NCBI GenBank assembly: GCA_030690305.1
Contig: JAUYHB010000020.1
Coordinates: 23,535 to 87,534, forward strand
Length of the DNA stretch: 64,000 bases
Reading direction: 5' to 3'
DNA from: a bacterium
GTDB lineage: Bacteria; Patescibacteriota; Minisyncoccia; Phycocordibacterales; JAGLPS01
Part shown: positions 9,533-19,238 of the stretch, piece by piece
Numbering within the stretch: the stretch's first letter is position 1
How the letters are laid out: every line of letters begins with the position of its first letter
The notes under the pieces: model-generated
Seen by the model: the letters and a program-made list of their open reading frames with translations, nothing else
What the model was told of the DNA's origin: nothing
Database searches by the model: none
Position numbers and translations under genes: made by a program

Positions 9533-9920
9533 AATCGCGCGGGGAGAGGTGCCCTCGGATAAAATTTACGAGGACGAACACACGTTCGCTTTTTTAGACA
9601 TTGAACCGAACAACCTCGGACACAGCCTTGTTATACCAAAGGAGCATTTCAAAAACGTATATGAAACCCCCGATGAAGTTCTGGGACAGATAATGGCAAC
9701 CGTAAAGAAAGTGACTCTGGCCGTGAAGAAAGGGATGGGCGCGGAAGGAATAAATATTGCCAACAACAACGAACCTGCAGCGGGACAGCTTGTCTTCCAC
9801 ATCCACGTTCACATCATTCCCCGTTATTCAAACGACGGTTTTCATCATTGGCCGGCAAAACCAAATTTCACTCCTGAACAATTCAAAGAAGCCGCCGAGA
9901 ATATAAAAAAGGCATTGTAA
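9504..9920 (+). CDS. HIT-family (histidine triad) protein
   Basis: Begins CIFCKI and contains HIHVHIIPR (HxHxHxx). Start chosen at MEEKEC (9504) rather than the extended ORF start. Confidence 0.8.
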   Translation: MEEKECIFCKIARGEVPSDKIYEDEHTFAFLDIEPNNLGHSLVIPKEHFKNVYETPDEVLGQIMATVKKVTLAVKKGMGAEGINIANNNEPAAGQLVFHIHVHIIPRYSNDGFHHWPAKPNFTPEQFKEAAENIKKAL

Positions 9921-9981
9921 AAAATAAAATAAGAAATCGCCACACATACATATGTGTGGCGATTAGGATTCAAGAATACAT

Positions 9982-10245
9982 TCAAGAGAACATAGAAATA
10001 ATGATCACCCCAAAACCGGATATTGCTACAACCGATCGGAATGCGAGATTATCACTTGGCGGGGGTGGCAGAAAAAACTTCACTATTGAAGCAAATCCGC
10101 AAATTGCGACTGCCTCATAGAGATAGCGAGACACAGGCAAACCGGAGGATTCTAAAGAGAGTATCATATAAATAACTACCAGCAACAAAATTTGTAAGAT
10201 AGTGCAAAGAATGGCAAGTATGTCGAGCTTAAACTGGGAATACAT
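9982..10245 (-). CDS. Small hypothetical membrane protein (87 aa)
   Basis: Two predicted hydrophobic helices; no homology recognised. Confidence 0.3.
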   Translation of the reverse strand: MYSQFKLDILAILCTILQILLLVVIYMILSLESSGLPVSRYLYEAVAICGFASIVKFFLPPPPSDNLAFRSVVAISGFGVIIISMFS

Positions 10246-10324
10246 TCTGAACCTCCTTTTTTTAGTTCACAATCAAAGAGCTTTTTGCCAATGCTAATAC
10301 AAATTCTATATGCGTCAAGGGAAA

Positions 10325-11434
10325 CTACGACAGTGCCTCAATTCCCGGTAATGTTCCTTTTGCCAAGAAATCAAGCATTGCTCCTCCTCCCGTGGAAATA
10401 AAGGAGAACTTATCGTTTAGTTTGAGTTTTGCAATCGCAGCGATTGTGTCCCCTCCTCCGACAACAGAGTGCGCATCAGAATCGGCAATGGCTTTTGCAA
10501 CAGCAAGCGTCCCTTCGGTAAAACTTTCTTCATAGGCACCCAAGGGTCCGTTCCATAAAAGTGATTTTGAGCGCTTGACCGCGTCAACGATTTTTTCAAG
10601 CGTGTGTTCTCCCGCATCGACGATTCTGTCATTGTCCTGGATGTGAGAAACAGGAATCGAAAGAGACGTGCCACGCCTTTCTACAACGACATCTTCCGGA
10701 AGGATAAGGCGTTCGTCATTTAAAAAATTTCCAAGGTTAAAGTCTCCCTCGGTATACAAGGATTTTCCGATTGACAATCCTTTTTCTTTGAGAAAATTAT
10801 TTGCAAGTGCGCCCGCGACAACAACCGTATCGGCAAGAGAAAAGAATTTCTCTATAAGAGGCAGTTTGGTGTCAAATTTTGCGCCACCCAAAATAAATGT
10901 GAAAGGATGCTCCGGATTCATTATCCCCCCAAGCTGGGTTGCCTCTTCAATAAAACGAAATCCCGCATATCCGGGGATGAATTTTGGTACGCCAACGATT
11001 GAGGCATGTGTTCTGTGGGAGGCGGGGAAGGCTTCGTTGACGTAGACGTCGGCAAGAGAGGCAAGGGATTTGGCGAACTGTTCGTTATTTTCTTTTTCTC
11101 CCGGATTGAGACGCAGGTTTTCAAGGAGGACAATGTCACCCCCCTTCATTGTATCCACAAAAGCGGATGAGCCGAGATACTCCTTCTCGAAAGTAAGCGG
11201 GAAAAATTGTTGCAGATATTCAAATACCGGATACAAAGAGTTTTCCTCTTTTCCTTCAAAGTGGCTTGCGAGAATAATTTTTGCGCCGCGTTCTTTTAAG
11301 AAACGGATGGTGGGAAGCGCGGAAGCAATACGGAAATCGTCCATGACGGCTCCCGAGAGAACAGGCACATTGAAATCAGCGCGCAGAAAAACTCTGACAC
11401 CCGCGTAATTGTCTATGTCTTTAATGGTACGCAT
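10325..11434 (-). CDS. pgk: Phosphoglycerate kinase
   Basis: N-terminal RVFLRADFNVPV motif plus other PGK signatures. Confidence 0.9.
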   Translation of the reverse strand: MRTIKDIDNYAGVRVFLRADFNVPVLSGAVMDDFRIASALPTIRFLKERGAKIILASHFEGKEENSLYPVFEYLQQFFPLTFEKEYLGSSAFVDTMKGGDIVLLENLRLNPGEKENNEQFAKSLASLADVYVNEAFPASHRTHASIVGVPKFIPGYAGFRFIEEATQLGGIMNPEHPFTFILGGAKFDTKLPLIEKFFSLADTVVVAGALANNFLKEKGLSIGKSLYTEGDFNLGNFLNDERLILPEDVVVERRGTSLSIPVSHIQDNDRIVDAGEHTLEKIVDAVKRSKSLLWNGPLGAYEESFTEGTLAVAKAIADSDAHSVVGGGDTIAAIAKLKLNDKFSFISTGGGAMLDFLAKGTLPGIEALS

Positions 11435-11437
11435 GTT

Positions 11438-12232
11438 TTACAATTTTTCCGCGATTGAAAGAATTTCTCCAAAACCTTCGGGTTCAAGACTTTGTCGTCC
11501 AACCAAAAGACCGTCAACTTCACCTTTGCCCAAAATGTCTTCGGCGTTGCGGGGACTTACCGAACCCCCATAGAGAACCGCCATACTCATTCCCGCACTG
11601 TATCCGTATACATCGGACACGACTTTTTTTACGAAAAGCACCATTTCATGGAGCGAGGCGCCCGTGATAGCTTCACTGTCGCTTTTGCCAATCGCCCAGA
11701 CAGGTTCGTAGGCAACAATAACGTTCTCAAGAGATTTTTTTTGGACCTTGTCGAGAGACTGTTTTATTTGGGAAGAGAGGAATTGAAGATATTCTCCGTG
11801 AGTATCGCGTTCCCGTTCTCCGACGCAAAGAATAACCTTGAGTCCGTCTTTGAGAGCAATTTTTATTTTTTGATTGACTATTTCATTGGTCTCGCCGAGA
11901 GCGCGCCGTTCGGAGTGGCCGATGATTACGTATGTTACCCCAACGTTTTTAAGTATTTTTGACCCCACTTCCCCGGTAAACGCTCCTTCATTTTCCCAAA
12001 AAACATTTTGTGCACCAAGAATAATCTTTCCTTTTACAAGAGGCTGTAATAAAGAAAGGTACGGGAACGGAGGGCAGATTACCACCTTGCTTTTCCTTAT
12101 TTTTGCGAGCTTTTTGCGGATAGAGAGAAAGGTTTTTTTAGCCGTTTCTTTGCTTGTCGGGTTAAGTTTCCAGTTACCCACAATGAGTTTCTCTGATTTT
12201 TTCATTCCCCCATTATAGCAAGACCGCCCCAC
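11438..12232 (-). CDS. tpiA: Triosephosphate isomerase
   Basis: VGNWKLN and IIGHSERR motifs. The true start may be the internal MKKSEKL at 12205. Confidence 0.9.
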   Translation of the reverse strand: MGRSCYNGGMKKSEKLIVGNWKLNPTSKETAKKTFLSIRKKLAKIRKSKVVICPPFPYLSLLQPLVKGKIILGAQNVFWENEGAFTGEVGSKILKNVGVTYVIIGHSERRALGETNEIVNQKIKIALKDGLKVILCVGERERDTHGEYLQFLSSQIKQSLDKVQKKSLENVIVAYEPVWAIGKSDSEAITGASLHEMVLFVKKVVSDVYGYSAGMSMAVLYGGSVSPRNAEDILGKGEVDGLLVGRQSLEPEGFGEILSIAEKL

Positions 12233-12248
12233 TTGTGTGGGGCGGTCT

Positions 12249-13691
12249 TCAGATTTCTTTCCAGGAAATCGTTGAATACTGGTCGGAGGTCAAAGGAAAG
12301 TTCGGTGGAGGGCCGTATAAGAGATTGCCGTCGTAAATAATGTTTCTTGTTTCATAGCCGGTACCGTTGGTATACGCAAAACCATAACGTTGGTACGTGG
12401 CTATCATTCCATACGAAGTAATAGTGTCTCTGTCATGATACGGGGAACAACGTTGGGAACCTCCTGAAGGTGGAGCGTAATAAAACCGTCCGACTCGACC
12501 ATTCTGGGCAACAAGAGCGGCATCAATACGCAAATCGTTTTCGGATACCATACCTATGTTTATATTTCGTTGGGCAATAAGGGCAATAACGTCCTGGCCG
12601 TCATAATTTGTGTACAGAAGATCATTATTTACGGTAATGTCGCGGCGTTGTGTCGGATTATCCGGAAAACGTCCCGCGGCAATAGTGAGACGGGCCGTAT
12701 TTATGGTTCCATTTACCCACACATGGTCTTCAAGAAAAATGAGACCATTTGCCGGATTGGCGTATGTTCCGAGAAGTTGCTGGGTATTGATACTCCACGT
12801 TCCCCAGTTTTCTTGAGATGAAGCGCATCCCGACGGAGTCGAGACGACCGTATTGACGCGATACAAGTCAAACGTGTCGTTTGTTTTAAGCACAATATGG
12901 TATCCGAGTGAACCGGACGCGGCAAAATACCTTCCACCGGATTGCGCGAGGGCCTTTATATTGGAAAGGTCCGAAGTGATTCCCAAAAAGTCAACGGGGG
13001 CGACCGGGTATTGCCGTCCGGCCTCAAAGACATCGGGACGCAATGGCGGGTTCGTAGGAGGCACAGGATCCGCTGGGGAAAGACACGTGTGCACCGCCCA
13101 TGAGGCGACGGTACACGCATCGGAGTCGCTGTCTGTTGTTGTACTTTGACCGCTTGTGACAATATTGTGGGCCAAACCGTCAAAACGGATTCCGAAATTC
13201 GAGTGAATGGGCCCGAACACTTCGGTCCCTTCTCCAAAGCGCATTCTGTCACTTGCCACTACAGCGTATTTAGCAAAAGACGGAATGGCAAGACGGACCT
13301 CTATGGCACGGGACACGGAAATAGGCGACGTGACAATTCCTGTTGACCGAACAGTCACTATGGTTGAGCCCGTAGCAGGAGGAGTAATATCGAGTCTGTA
13401 CTGTCCGATTGTGTTTCCGTCCTTATCGTAAAAATCGTGATAATACGGGCCGGGACCTCCGGTTCCATCCTGATAATCATCGGCGTCATGAGCAAGATGC
13501 CAACGATAATAGTCGGCGCCGGCTTCGGCAATTTGGAACGCCTGTTCCCGGACTTCAATGTGCCGGATAGCCTTAAGCAAAAGCGAAGTCCAACTCACAA
13601 AGGCCGTTGTCACCACAATTGCGATGAAAGCGAAAACAAGGACGTTAACGATGATGACTCCCCTATTCTTTTTTCTTATGTCGTCTCTCAT
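12249..13691 (-). CDS. PilX-like type IV pilus minor component (PilX_N domain)
   Basis: N-terminal TM followed by the QAFQIAEAG motif of the PilX N-terminal domain, then a large Thr/Gly-rich extracellular region. Last gene of the pilus block. Confidence 0.55.
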   Translation of the reverse strand: MRDDIRKKNRGVIIVNVLVFAFIAIVVTTAFVSWTSLLLKAIRHIEVREQAFQIAEAGADYYRWHLAHDADDYQDGTGGPGPYYHDFYDKDGNTIGQYRLDITPPATGSTIVTVRSTGIVTSPISVSRAIEVRLAIPSFAKYAVVASDRMRFGEGTEVFGPIHSNFGIRFDGLAHNIVTSGQSTTTDSDSDACTVASWAVHTCLSPADPVPPTNPPLRPDVFEAGRQYPVAPVDFLGITSDLSNIKALAQSGGRYFAASGSLGYHIVLKTNDTFDLYRVNTVVSTPSGCASSQENWGTWSINTQQLLGTYANPANGLIFLEDHVWVNGTINTARLTIAAGRFPDNPTQRRDITVNNDLLYTNYDGQDVIALIAQRNINIGMVSENDLRIDAALVAQNGRVGRFYYAPPSGGSQRCSPYHDRDTITSYGMIATYQRYGFAYTNGTGYETRNIIYDGNLLYGPPPNFPLTSDQYSTISWKEI

Positions 13692-14317
13692 AGGTTATCT
13701 TTCAGATTCCGAAGTGATACCTGGCTTGTGAATGTTTTGGGAGCAGGTTCCCGATTAGGGTCCGCGTCAATAACAATGCTGATTTTCACAAGACGGATGG
13801 TTGCGGTGGTTACGGGCTGAGAAAGAGGTGCGGTCGTGCCGTCATAGTTCGTATCGTAGTAGGTAAAAACGGGCTGTGCTCCGTTTTGAACGTTACGAGC
13901 AAGAAGTGTTGTTACCTGTTCGGATGCCGGATTGTATTGCAAAGGACTCCCCGTCGGTTCAATCACTCCCTTTTTTAGATCGGTCGCGGACAGAAAATAC
14001 CGCACCCTTTCTTGAATACCGTCATTGTCGATATCGCTGTAAAAGGCAAAACTTTGCGTTCCCGCCTCGGCTATCGGATACGCCCCGATGCCCGATGGCG
14101 AAGCGCTTCTCGCTTCACGAACCATAATACGCAACACGGAACGTGCATCCTGTGTTCCAAGCAAACTTTTGTCTATAAACCCCGCGAAATAAAGAATGTT
14201 CCTCTGAAATGTTCCCACGGCAAGGATGAGAATGCCGGCAATCGCTCCCACAACAACAAGTTCCGGGAGAGACATTCCTTTTTGTGGGTACGCTTGGTTT
14301 TTTTTCTTATTGAACAT
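13688..14317 (-). CDS. Type IV pilin-like / pseudopilin protein
   Basis: N-terminal prepilin-like leader and hydrophobic segment KGMSLPELVVVGAIAGIL with Glu at +5. Confidence 0.6.
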   Translation of the reverse strand: MFNKKKNQAYPQKGMSLPELVVVGAIAGILILAVGTFQRNILYFAGFIDKSLLGTQDARSVLRIMVREARSASPSGIGAYPIAEAGTQSFAFYSDIDNDGIQERVRYFLSATDLKKGVIEPTGSPLQYNPASEQVTTLLARNVQNGAQPVFTYYDTNYDGTTAPLSQPVTTATIRLVKISIVIDADPNREPAPKTFTSQVSLRNLKDNL

Positions 14318-14320
14318 TTT

Positions 14321-16141
14321 TTACGGACTTGGAATTAAAATAACCTCTCGTTGTTGCCACGCGCTACTCACAAGCACACCCTCAACAACAGTTGTATCGT
14401 ATCCGGGCTTGGAAACCGTCAATGTATAGGTATCTGCGGAAATTCCCGAAAAAATAATTTGCCCGGGAGGGGTACATTCGGAAGTGAAAGTAAAAGAAAT
14501 ATCGGCAACAGTCGGAGTGAAGGAGGAATTATCGGTGTGTAAAAATATTTTATACCGCAAATACCTGTCGCCGTTGTGGGCAGAAGCAATGTTGGAGTTT
14601 GAAACCGTATAATATGTGCCCGCCGTACCGTCCGGACCGAGATAATTCCACGTTGTTGTAGCCTGGTCATTTGTCGTCGCTATTTGGATGCGCACACTCT
14701 CCGCTCCGGTCGCCGGCGGTTGGTCTTGGGGTTGCCACATAATATTGTAAAAATTACTTTCCGAGCCCGTGTCAAATGTCGATGAGACAAGCCACCCATC
14801 GGAAGCATATGAACCGAATATTTGCTTAAGGGTCATGATACCGGCAGGGTTGTTGGTCTCAATATTGCTGTCGGAATCAAGGTATTTATTCGTGTCAACA
14901 AAAAACGCTTGTCCTGCACCGCCCGACCAATCAGTTTGGGTTAAGAAACCTCGTCCGGTCACAAGAGTTTCCGTATACGAAGCACCGTCATCCAGAGTAA
15001 CCGATGCCCCCGATAAAGGAAGTCCCGTCGCAGAGTCTTTTATCGTCACCATAAGGCTGTCGGGGTTTTCCGGAGCAAGTATGATTTGGACGTTATGTAT
15101 CGCCCCGGGATTGGCGTCAAAAGGAAATAAGGGATTCGAACCGATGAGATCGTGGGACGCGTCGGTAACCACCAATGTATAGGTGTCCCATTCCAAGCCT
15201 GTGATTGTTTCTGTTCCGTTGGAGTTGTCAGTTTGGTAATTCTGGCTGAACTTGATGACATTCGGGTCGGCCCCAATAAGTTTTGACCCTGTGAGCGTGA
15301 AAGGAACGTCAACCACAGCCGCACAATTGTCACGCACCGTTGAAAGATACAGCGTTGCGGTGTGATCTATGGCAAAACTTGACTGAGTCACCTGCTGTAA
15401 AACCACTGTCGCATGCGGAGAAACCGGATTATTGACTTCACTGCTTGAATACGTGGTTACGGTTGAATATCCTTCCTTGGAAACAGTAATTTTATACCGC
15501 TCAACTCCGGGCGGGATATCGACAATCTGGAGCATTCCTTGCGAATTGGTCACGTCGTTTATATTTATGGCGGGAGTTCCCGAGACGCTTTCAATATGGA
15601 CGGAGGCATCGGGTACGTCTACCCCGTTTGCATCAAACACACGAACAAACAAAGCACCGTTCGTCGAGGCGGTTTCAAGATTTTTCGGGGCAATTCGGGT
15701 TGTAAATGTAAGCGGTGTAAATATATTGCACGTCGTGCAATCAACGGTTATTTCGACAAGTTTATTATCAGCCGGGGAAAGGTCGTTCGGACTTCCGCCG
15801 ATAGTACCGTCAAAGGAAAGGTCAACATTACGGATGGTTGAGGTAACGAGAAACGTGTATGAGTCGCGCACAATCGTTTGTTGATACGGGATTTTCCCTG
15901 AAGGCAAACCTCCGATAATACCGACATCGCTATACGGAAGATTCCGAATGATTTCAAACTGTTCGTTTGCGAGGTTTGCCGCGACTATTTTGGACGTTGA
16001 AAGACGGACCGCCTGAAGCACCGACAAGTAGCCCTGATAAACACTTACGGCAATAACCAAAAACAACGCGGCCCCAATGAGCGTTTCAACAAGCGTAAAA
16101 CCTGTTTTTTGTTTTTTCATTCTACTGAATAACATCGACAA
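14321..16141 (-). CDS. Large type IV pilin-like protein (606 aa) with class III signal/N-methylation motif
   Basis: Canonical prepilin motif KTGFTLVETLIGAALFLV, followed by a long beta-rich Thr/Ser/Asn-rich region. Confidence 0.7.
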   Translation of the reverse strand: MSMLFSRMKKQKTGFTLVETLIGAALFLVIAVSVYQGYLSVLQAVRLSTSKIVAANLANEQFEIIRNLPYSDVGIIGGLPSGKIPYQQTIVRDSYTFLVTSTIRNVDLSFDGTIGGSPNDLSPADNKLVEITVDCTTCNIFTPLTFTTRIAPKNLETASTNGALFVRVFDANGVDVPDASVHIESVSGTPAININDVTNSQGMLQIVDIPPGVERYKITVSKEGYSTVTTYSSSEVNNPVSPHATVVLQQVTQSSFAIDHTATLYLSTVRDNCAAVVDVPFTLTGSKLIGADPNVIKFSQNYQTDNSNGTETITGLEWDTYTLVVTDASHDLIGSNPLFPFDANPGAIHNVQIILAPENPDSLMVTIKDSATGLPLSGASVTLDDGASYTETLVTGRGFLTQTDWSGGAGQAFFVDTNKYLDSDSNIETNNPAGIMTLKQIFGSYASDGWLVSSTFDTGSESNFYNIMWQPQDQPPATGAESVRIQIATTNDQATTTWNYLGPDGTAGTYYTVSNSNIASAHNGDRYLRYKIFLHTDNSSFTPTVADISFTFTSECTPPGQIIFSGISADTYTLTVSKPGYDTTVVEGVLVSSAWQQREVILIPSP

Positions 16142-17348
16142 GCGAGTACGTCGGACCGATCATGGCGAAAACAAAGAACCCGACACCGATTCCGACAAAA
16201 ATCATGAGAAGCGGTTCAATAATGGTCGACATGTCCCTTGTCTTTTGGTCGACTTCGTCTTCATAAAACTGGGCAACACCCATGAACATGTCGGTCAATT
16301 TCCCCGTCTCCTCTCCGACACTTGCCATTTCGGATACGAAAATCGGATACAAGTCGGTTCGCTGGGAAAGCACTTCGGAAATATTTTCTCCTTTTTCAAC
16401 CTGCATCTCCGCTTTTTTCAAAAGATCCTTGTAGAAAGAGTTTTGCAGCACGTCCCCGGTAATACGTATGGCAATAATCAAATCGACGCCGGCAGACAGA
16501 AGGGAGGAAAGTGTTCGTGCGGTGCGCGCCGAATTTATTTCTCTTGTAAGACCGTTTATGATGGGCGTTTTGAGCATAATGACATCAATAAGACGCGAGC
16601 CCTGTTTGGTGCGGGCAAAAGCGGTAATGGAAGAAAAGAAAAGAACAACAAATAGAATAGTGAGAATAAAATTATTACTCAAAAAATCGCTCACTCCGAT
16701 GAGAATACGCGTGGAAAGAGGAAGCTCAACGCCAAGCTCTTTAAACGTTAAAGTAAGGGTAGGTACAACAAATACAAGCATCAGAACGGCAATCACGGCC
16801 ATCAGCGCGACAATGACCGCCGGATACATCATGGCCCCCTGAATGCGTTTCTGTAAGGTGTATATTTTCTCCATTTGCATGGCAATGACTTTGAGGGATT
16901 GCGACATATTTCCGCTTTCCTCTCCCGCCTTAACCATGGAAATAAAGAGCGAGGTGAATACATCCGGAAATTTTTGCATTCCCTGACTCATCGTCTCTCC
17001 TTTATCAATTGATGCAATGAGCTCCGCGAGCACTTCCTTGAGTTTCTTGTTTTTCGTCTGTCGTTCCAAAACCGAAAGGGCACGGGAAACCGAGAGTCCG
17101 GCGTCAATCATTGAACCGAGGTTGCGGGCAAATTGTATTTTCTCCTGTGTTTTGACTTTACCGGCAAAAATATTTCCAAGGCGAAACATGCTGAGAAAAG
17201 AATTTTTTTGCCCGATTTCATGGACATATACAACCGCTTCCCCGTCATTTTTTATTTTTTGGTACACGCCGGCACGGTCTTGGGCTTCCATTGTTCCCTC
17301 ATAGGACTGTCCCTCCTTATTTATGGCTTTGAAAGTGAATAGTGGCAT
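16122..17348 (-). CDS. pilC: Type IV pilus assembly platform protein PilC (GspF family)
   Basis: Two GspF repeats and three TM segments. Start chosen at MPLFTFK (17348) just downstream of the pilB stop. Confidence 0.8.
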   Translation of the reverse strand: MPLFTFKAINKEGQSYEGTMEAQDRAGVYQKIKNDGEAVVYVHEIGQKNSFLSMFRLGNIFAGKVKTQEKIQFARNLGSMIDAGLSVSRALSVLERQTKNKKLKEVLAELIASIDKGETMSQGMQKFPDVFTSLFISMVKAGEESGNMSQSLKVIAMQMEKIYTLQKRIQGAMMYPAVIVALMAVIAVLMLVFVVPTLTLTFKELGVELPLSTRILIGVSDFLSNNFILTILFVVLFFSSITAFARTKQGSRLIDVIMLKTPIINGLTREINSARTARTLSSLLSAGVDLIIAIRITGDVLQNSFYKDLLKKAEMQVEKGENISEVLSQRTDLYPIFVSEMASVGEETGKLTDMFMGVAQFYEDEVDQKTRDMSTIIEPLLMIFVGIGVGFFVFAMIGPTYSLVDVIQ

Positions 17349-17361
17349 TGTGAAAATAAAA

Positions 17362-19119
17362 TTATTCCGAGGAGACGACCCGCAAAACTTCTTCAACGGT
17401 GGTAAGCCCCTGTGCGGATTTAAACAGCCCATCTTCAATCATGGTCATCATGCCCTCCTTCTTTGCCTGATCGTCTATGGCCTGCACCGGCGCGCCTTTA
17501 ATAATAAGATCCTTAATTGGAGGAGTCACTCGGAGCACTTCATAGATTCCTATGCGACCGGCATATCCGTCCGGAGCATCCGCGGATTTTTTTGGATGAT
17601 ACAGAGGAACTTGCGACCAATCGACGTCTTCTTTGACAATTTTTTCCTTTTTGAGAAAACCTAGAACTTTTTCCATATCAACGGAACTTTCGAGAGATTT
17701 AATTTCGTTCTTACTTAGGAAATACTCTTCTTTTGCACCTGAAAGTTTTCTGATGAGACGTTGGGCAATGACGATGTTTAAAACCGACACAAGAAGGAAT
17801 GGTTCGACTTTCATATCAACAAGACGAGGGATGGCTCCAGCAGCCGAGTTTGTGTGCAGAGTTGAAAGAACCAAATGACCGGTAAGAGAGGCGTTAACGG
17901 CAAGAGAAGCCGTTTCACCGTCGCGGATTTCACCAACCATGATAATGTCCGGATCCTGACGGACAAGCGTGCGCAAGCCGCTTGAAAACGTAAATCCGAT
18001 TTCCGGTTTTACCTGCGTCTGGTTGATTCGTTTCATTTGATACTCAATCGGGTCTTCAATGGTTGAAATATTCACATCGGGGGTATTGAGAATATCAAGC
18101 ATCGTATACAGAGTTGTTGTTTTTCCTGAACCCGTCGGACCAGTGGTTAAAATAATTCCCGTCGTGAGATTCATTGCGGTATGAATACTCTCGAGCGCCT
18201 CTCCGTGAAAACCAAGTGCTTCAAGGGTGAACCCGGAAACGCTTTCGCGGAGCACGCGCATCACGGTTTTTTCACCAAAATATGTCGGAAGCGTGGATAC
18301 GCGGAATGACACATTTTCACCGTTCAGCTCGATTTTGAAACGCCCGTCTTGCGGAAGACGTTTTTCGTCAAGTTTAAGATTTGAAAGCACTTTGATACGG
18401 GCGGTGATGGAGGGTGCACTGTTTTTGGGAAGTACCATGGCATCATGCAACAAACCGTCAATACGGTATCGGACAAGCAACTGTTCTTCCATCGGTTCAA
18501 TATGAATGTCAGAGGCATTTTGAATAATTGCGTGTTTGAGGAGTGTATCGACAATACGGATGACAGGAATGTCTTCGGCAAGTTTCTTCAGGTCGCTTTC
18601 CGACGCATCTCCCTCCCCCCCCTGTTCCGAAATCATCTTAAGAGAGGTCGCCTCCTTTTGAATAATGTCGCCAAATTCCGCCTTGAGGCTCTTTTGATAC
18701 TGCAACAGAGCACTTTTCATCGATTCCTTGTCGGTAAGCCGCGGAAGAATTTTTAAACCGGTTTTTTTCTTGATAAAGTCGATAGCCGCCAGGTCTTCGG
18801 TATCAAGCATTGCGACTTCAAGAGTTTTATCCGCGACCCGGAAAGGAATAATATTGTGGTTGCGCGCGATGGGCTCAGGGATGAGAGAAAGCACGTCAAA
18901 ATTTATTTTTTCTCCCTTCAAGTCCACAAAAGGAATACCGAGAATATGCGCCTGAATCTTCCTCAGGTCGTCATCGGTAATTTTTCCTTCTTCCACGAGT
19001 AATTGACCGACGCTTACTTTGCGCTCGGATGCTTTTTTATCCGCGGACTCAAAATCTTCCCGAGAAATCAGGTCGGAATCAAGGATAAATTCTTTTAATT
19101 GGGTTTCCTCAATGTGCAT
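17362..19119 (-). CDS. pilB: Type IV pilus assembly ATPase PilB (GspE family)
   Basis: Walker A GPTGSGKTT, Asp/His boxes, GspE N-terminal domain. Start chosen at MHIEETQL. Confidence 0.85.
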   Translation of the reverse strand: MHIEETQLKEFILDSDLISREDFESADKKASERKVSVGQLLVEEGKITDDDLRKIQAHILGIPFVDLKGEKINFDVLSLIPEPIARNHNIIPFRVADKTLEVAMLDTEDLAAIDFIKKKTGLKILPRLTDKESMKSALLQYQKSLKAEFGDIIQKEATSLKMISEQGGEGDASESDLKKLAEDIPVIRIVDTLLKHAIIQNASDIHIEPMEEQLLVRYRIDGLLHDAMVLPKNSAPSITARIKVLSNLKLDEKRLPQDGRFKIELNGENVSFRVSTLPTYFGEKTVMRVLRESVSGFTLEALGFHGEALESIHTAMNLTTGIILTTGPTGSGKTTTLYTMLDILNTPDVNISTIEDPIEYQMKRINQTQVKPEIGFTFSSGLRTLVRQDPDIIMVGEIRDGETASLAVNASLTGHLVLSTLHTNSAAGAIPRLVDMKVEPFLLVSVLNIVIAQRLIRKLSGAKEEYFLSKNEIKSLESSVDMEKVLGFLKKEKIVKEDVDWSQVPLYHPKKSADAPDGYAGRIGIYEVLRVTPPIKDLIIKGAPVQAIDDQAKKEGMMTMIEDGLFKSAQGLTTVEEVLRVVSSE

Positions 19120-19238
19120 GGAGCGATATGTACAAAAATTATACCATAGCCGCGCCGCAGATTGACTTATTGCGCTAATTGTGTATGATATAGGCATTAT
19201 CAAGTTCGCCTCACGGCGGACTCATTTTTTTATAACGT

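Noticed and set aside
16077-16655. 192 aa plus-strand ORF
   Set aside because: Antisense to pilC, which has clear GspF-family homology.
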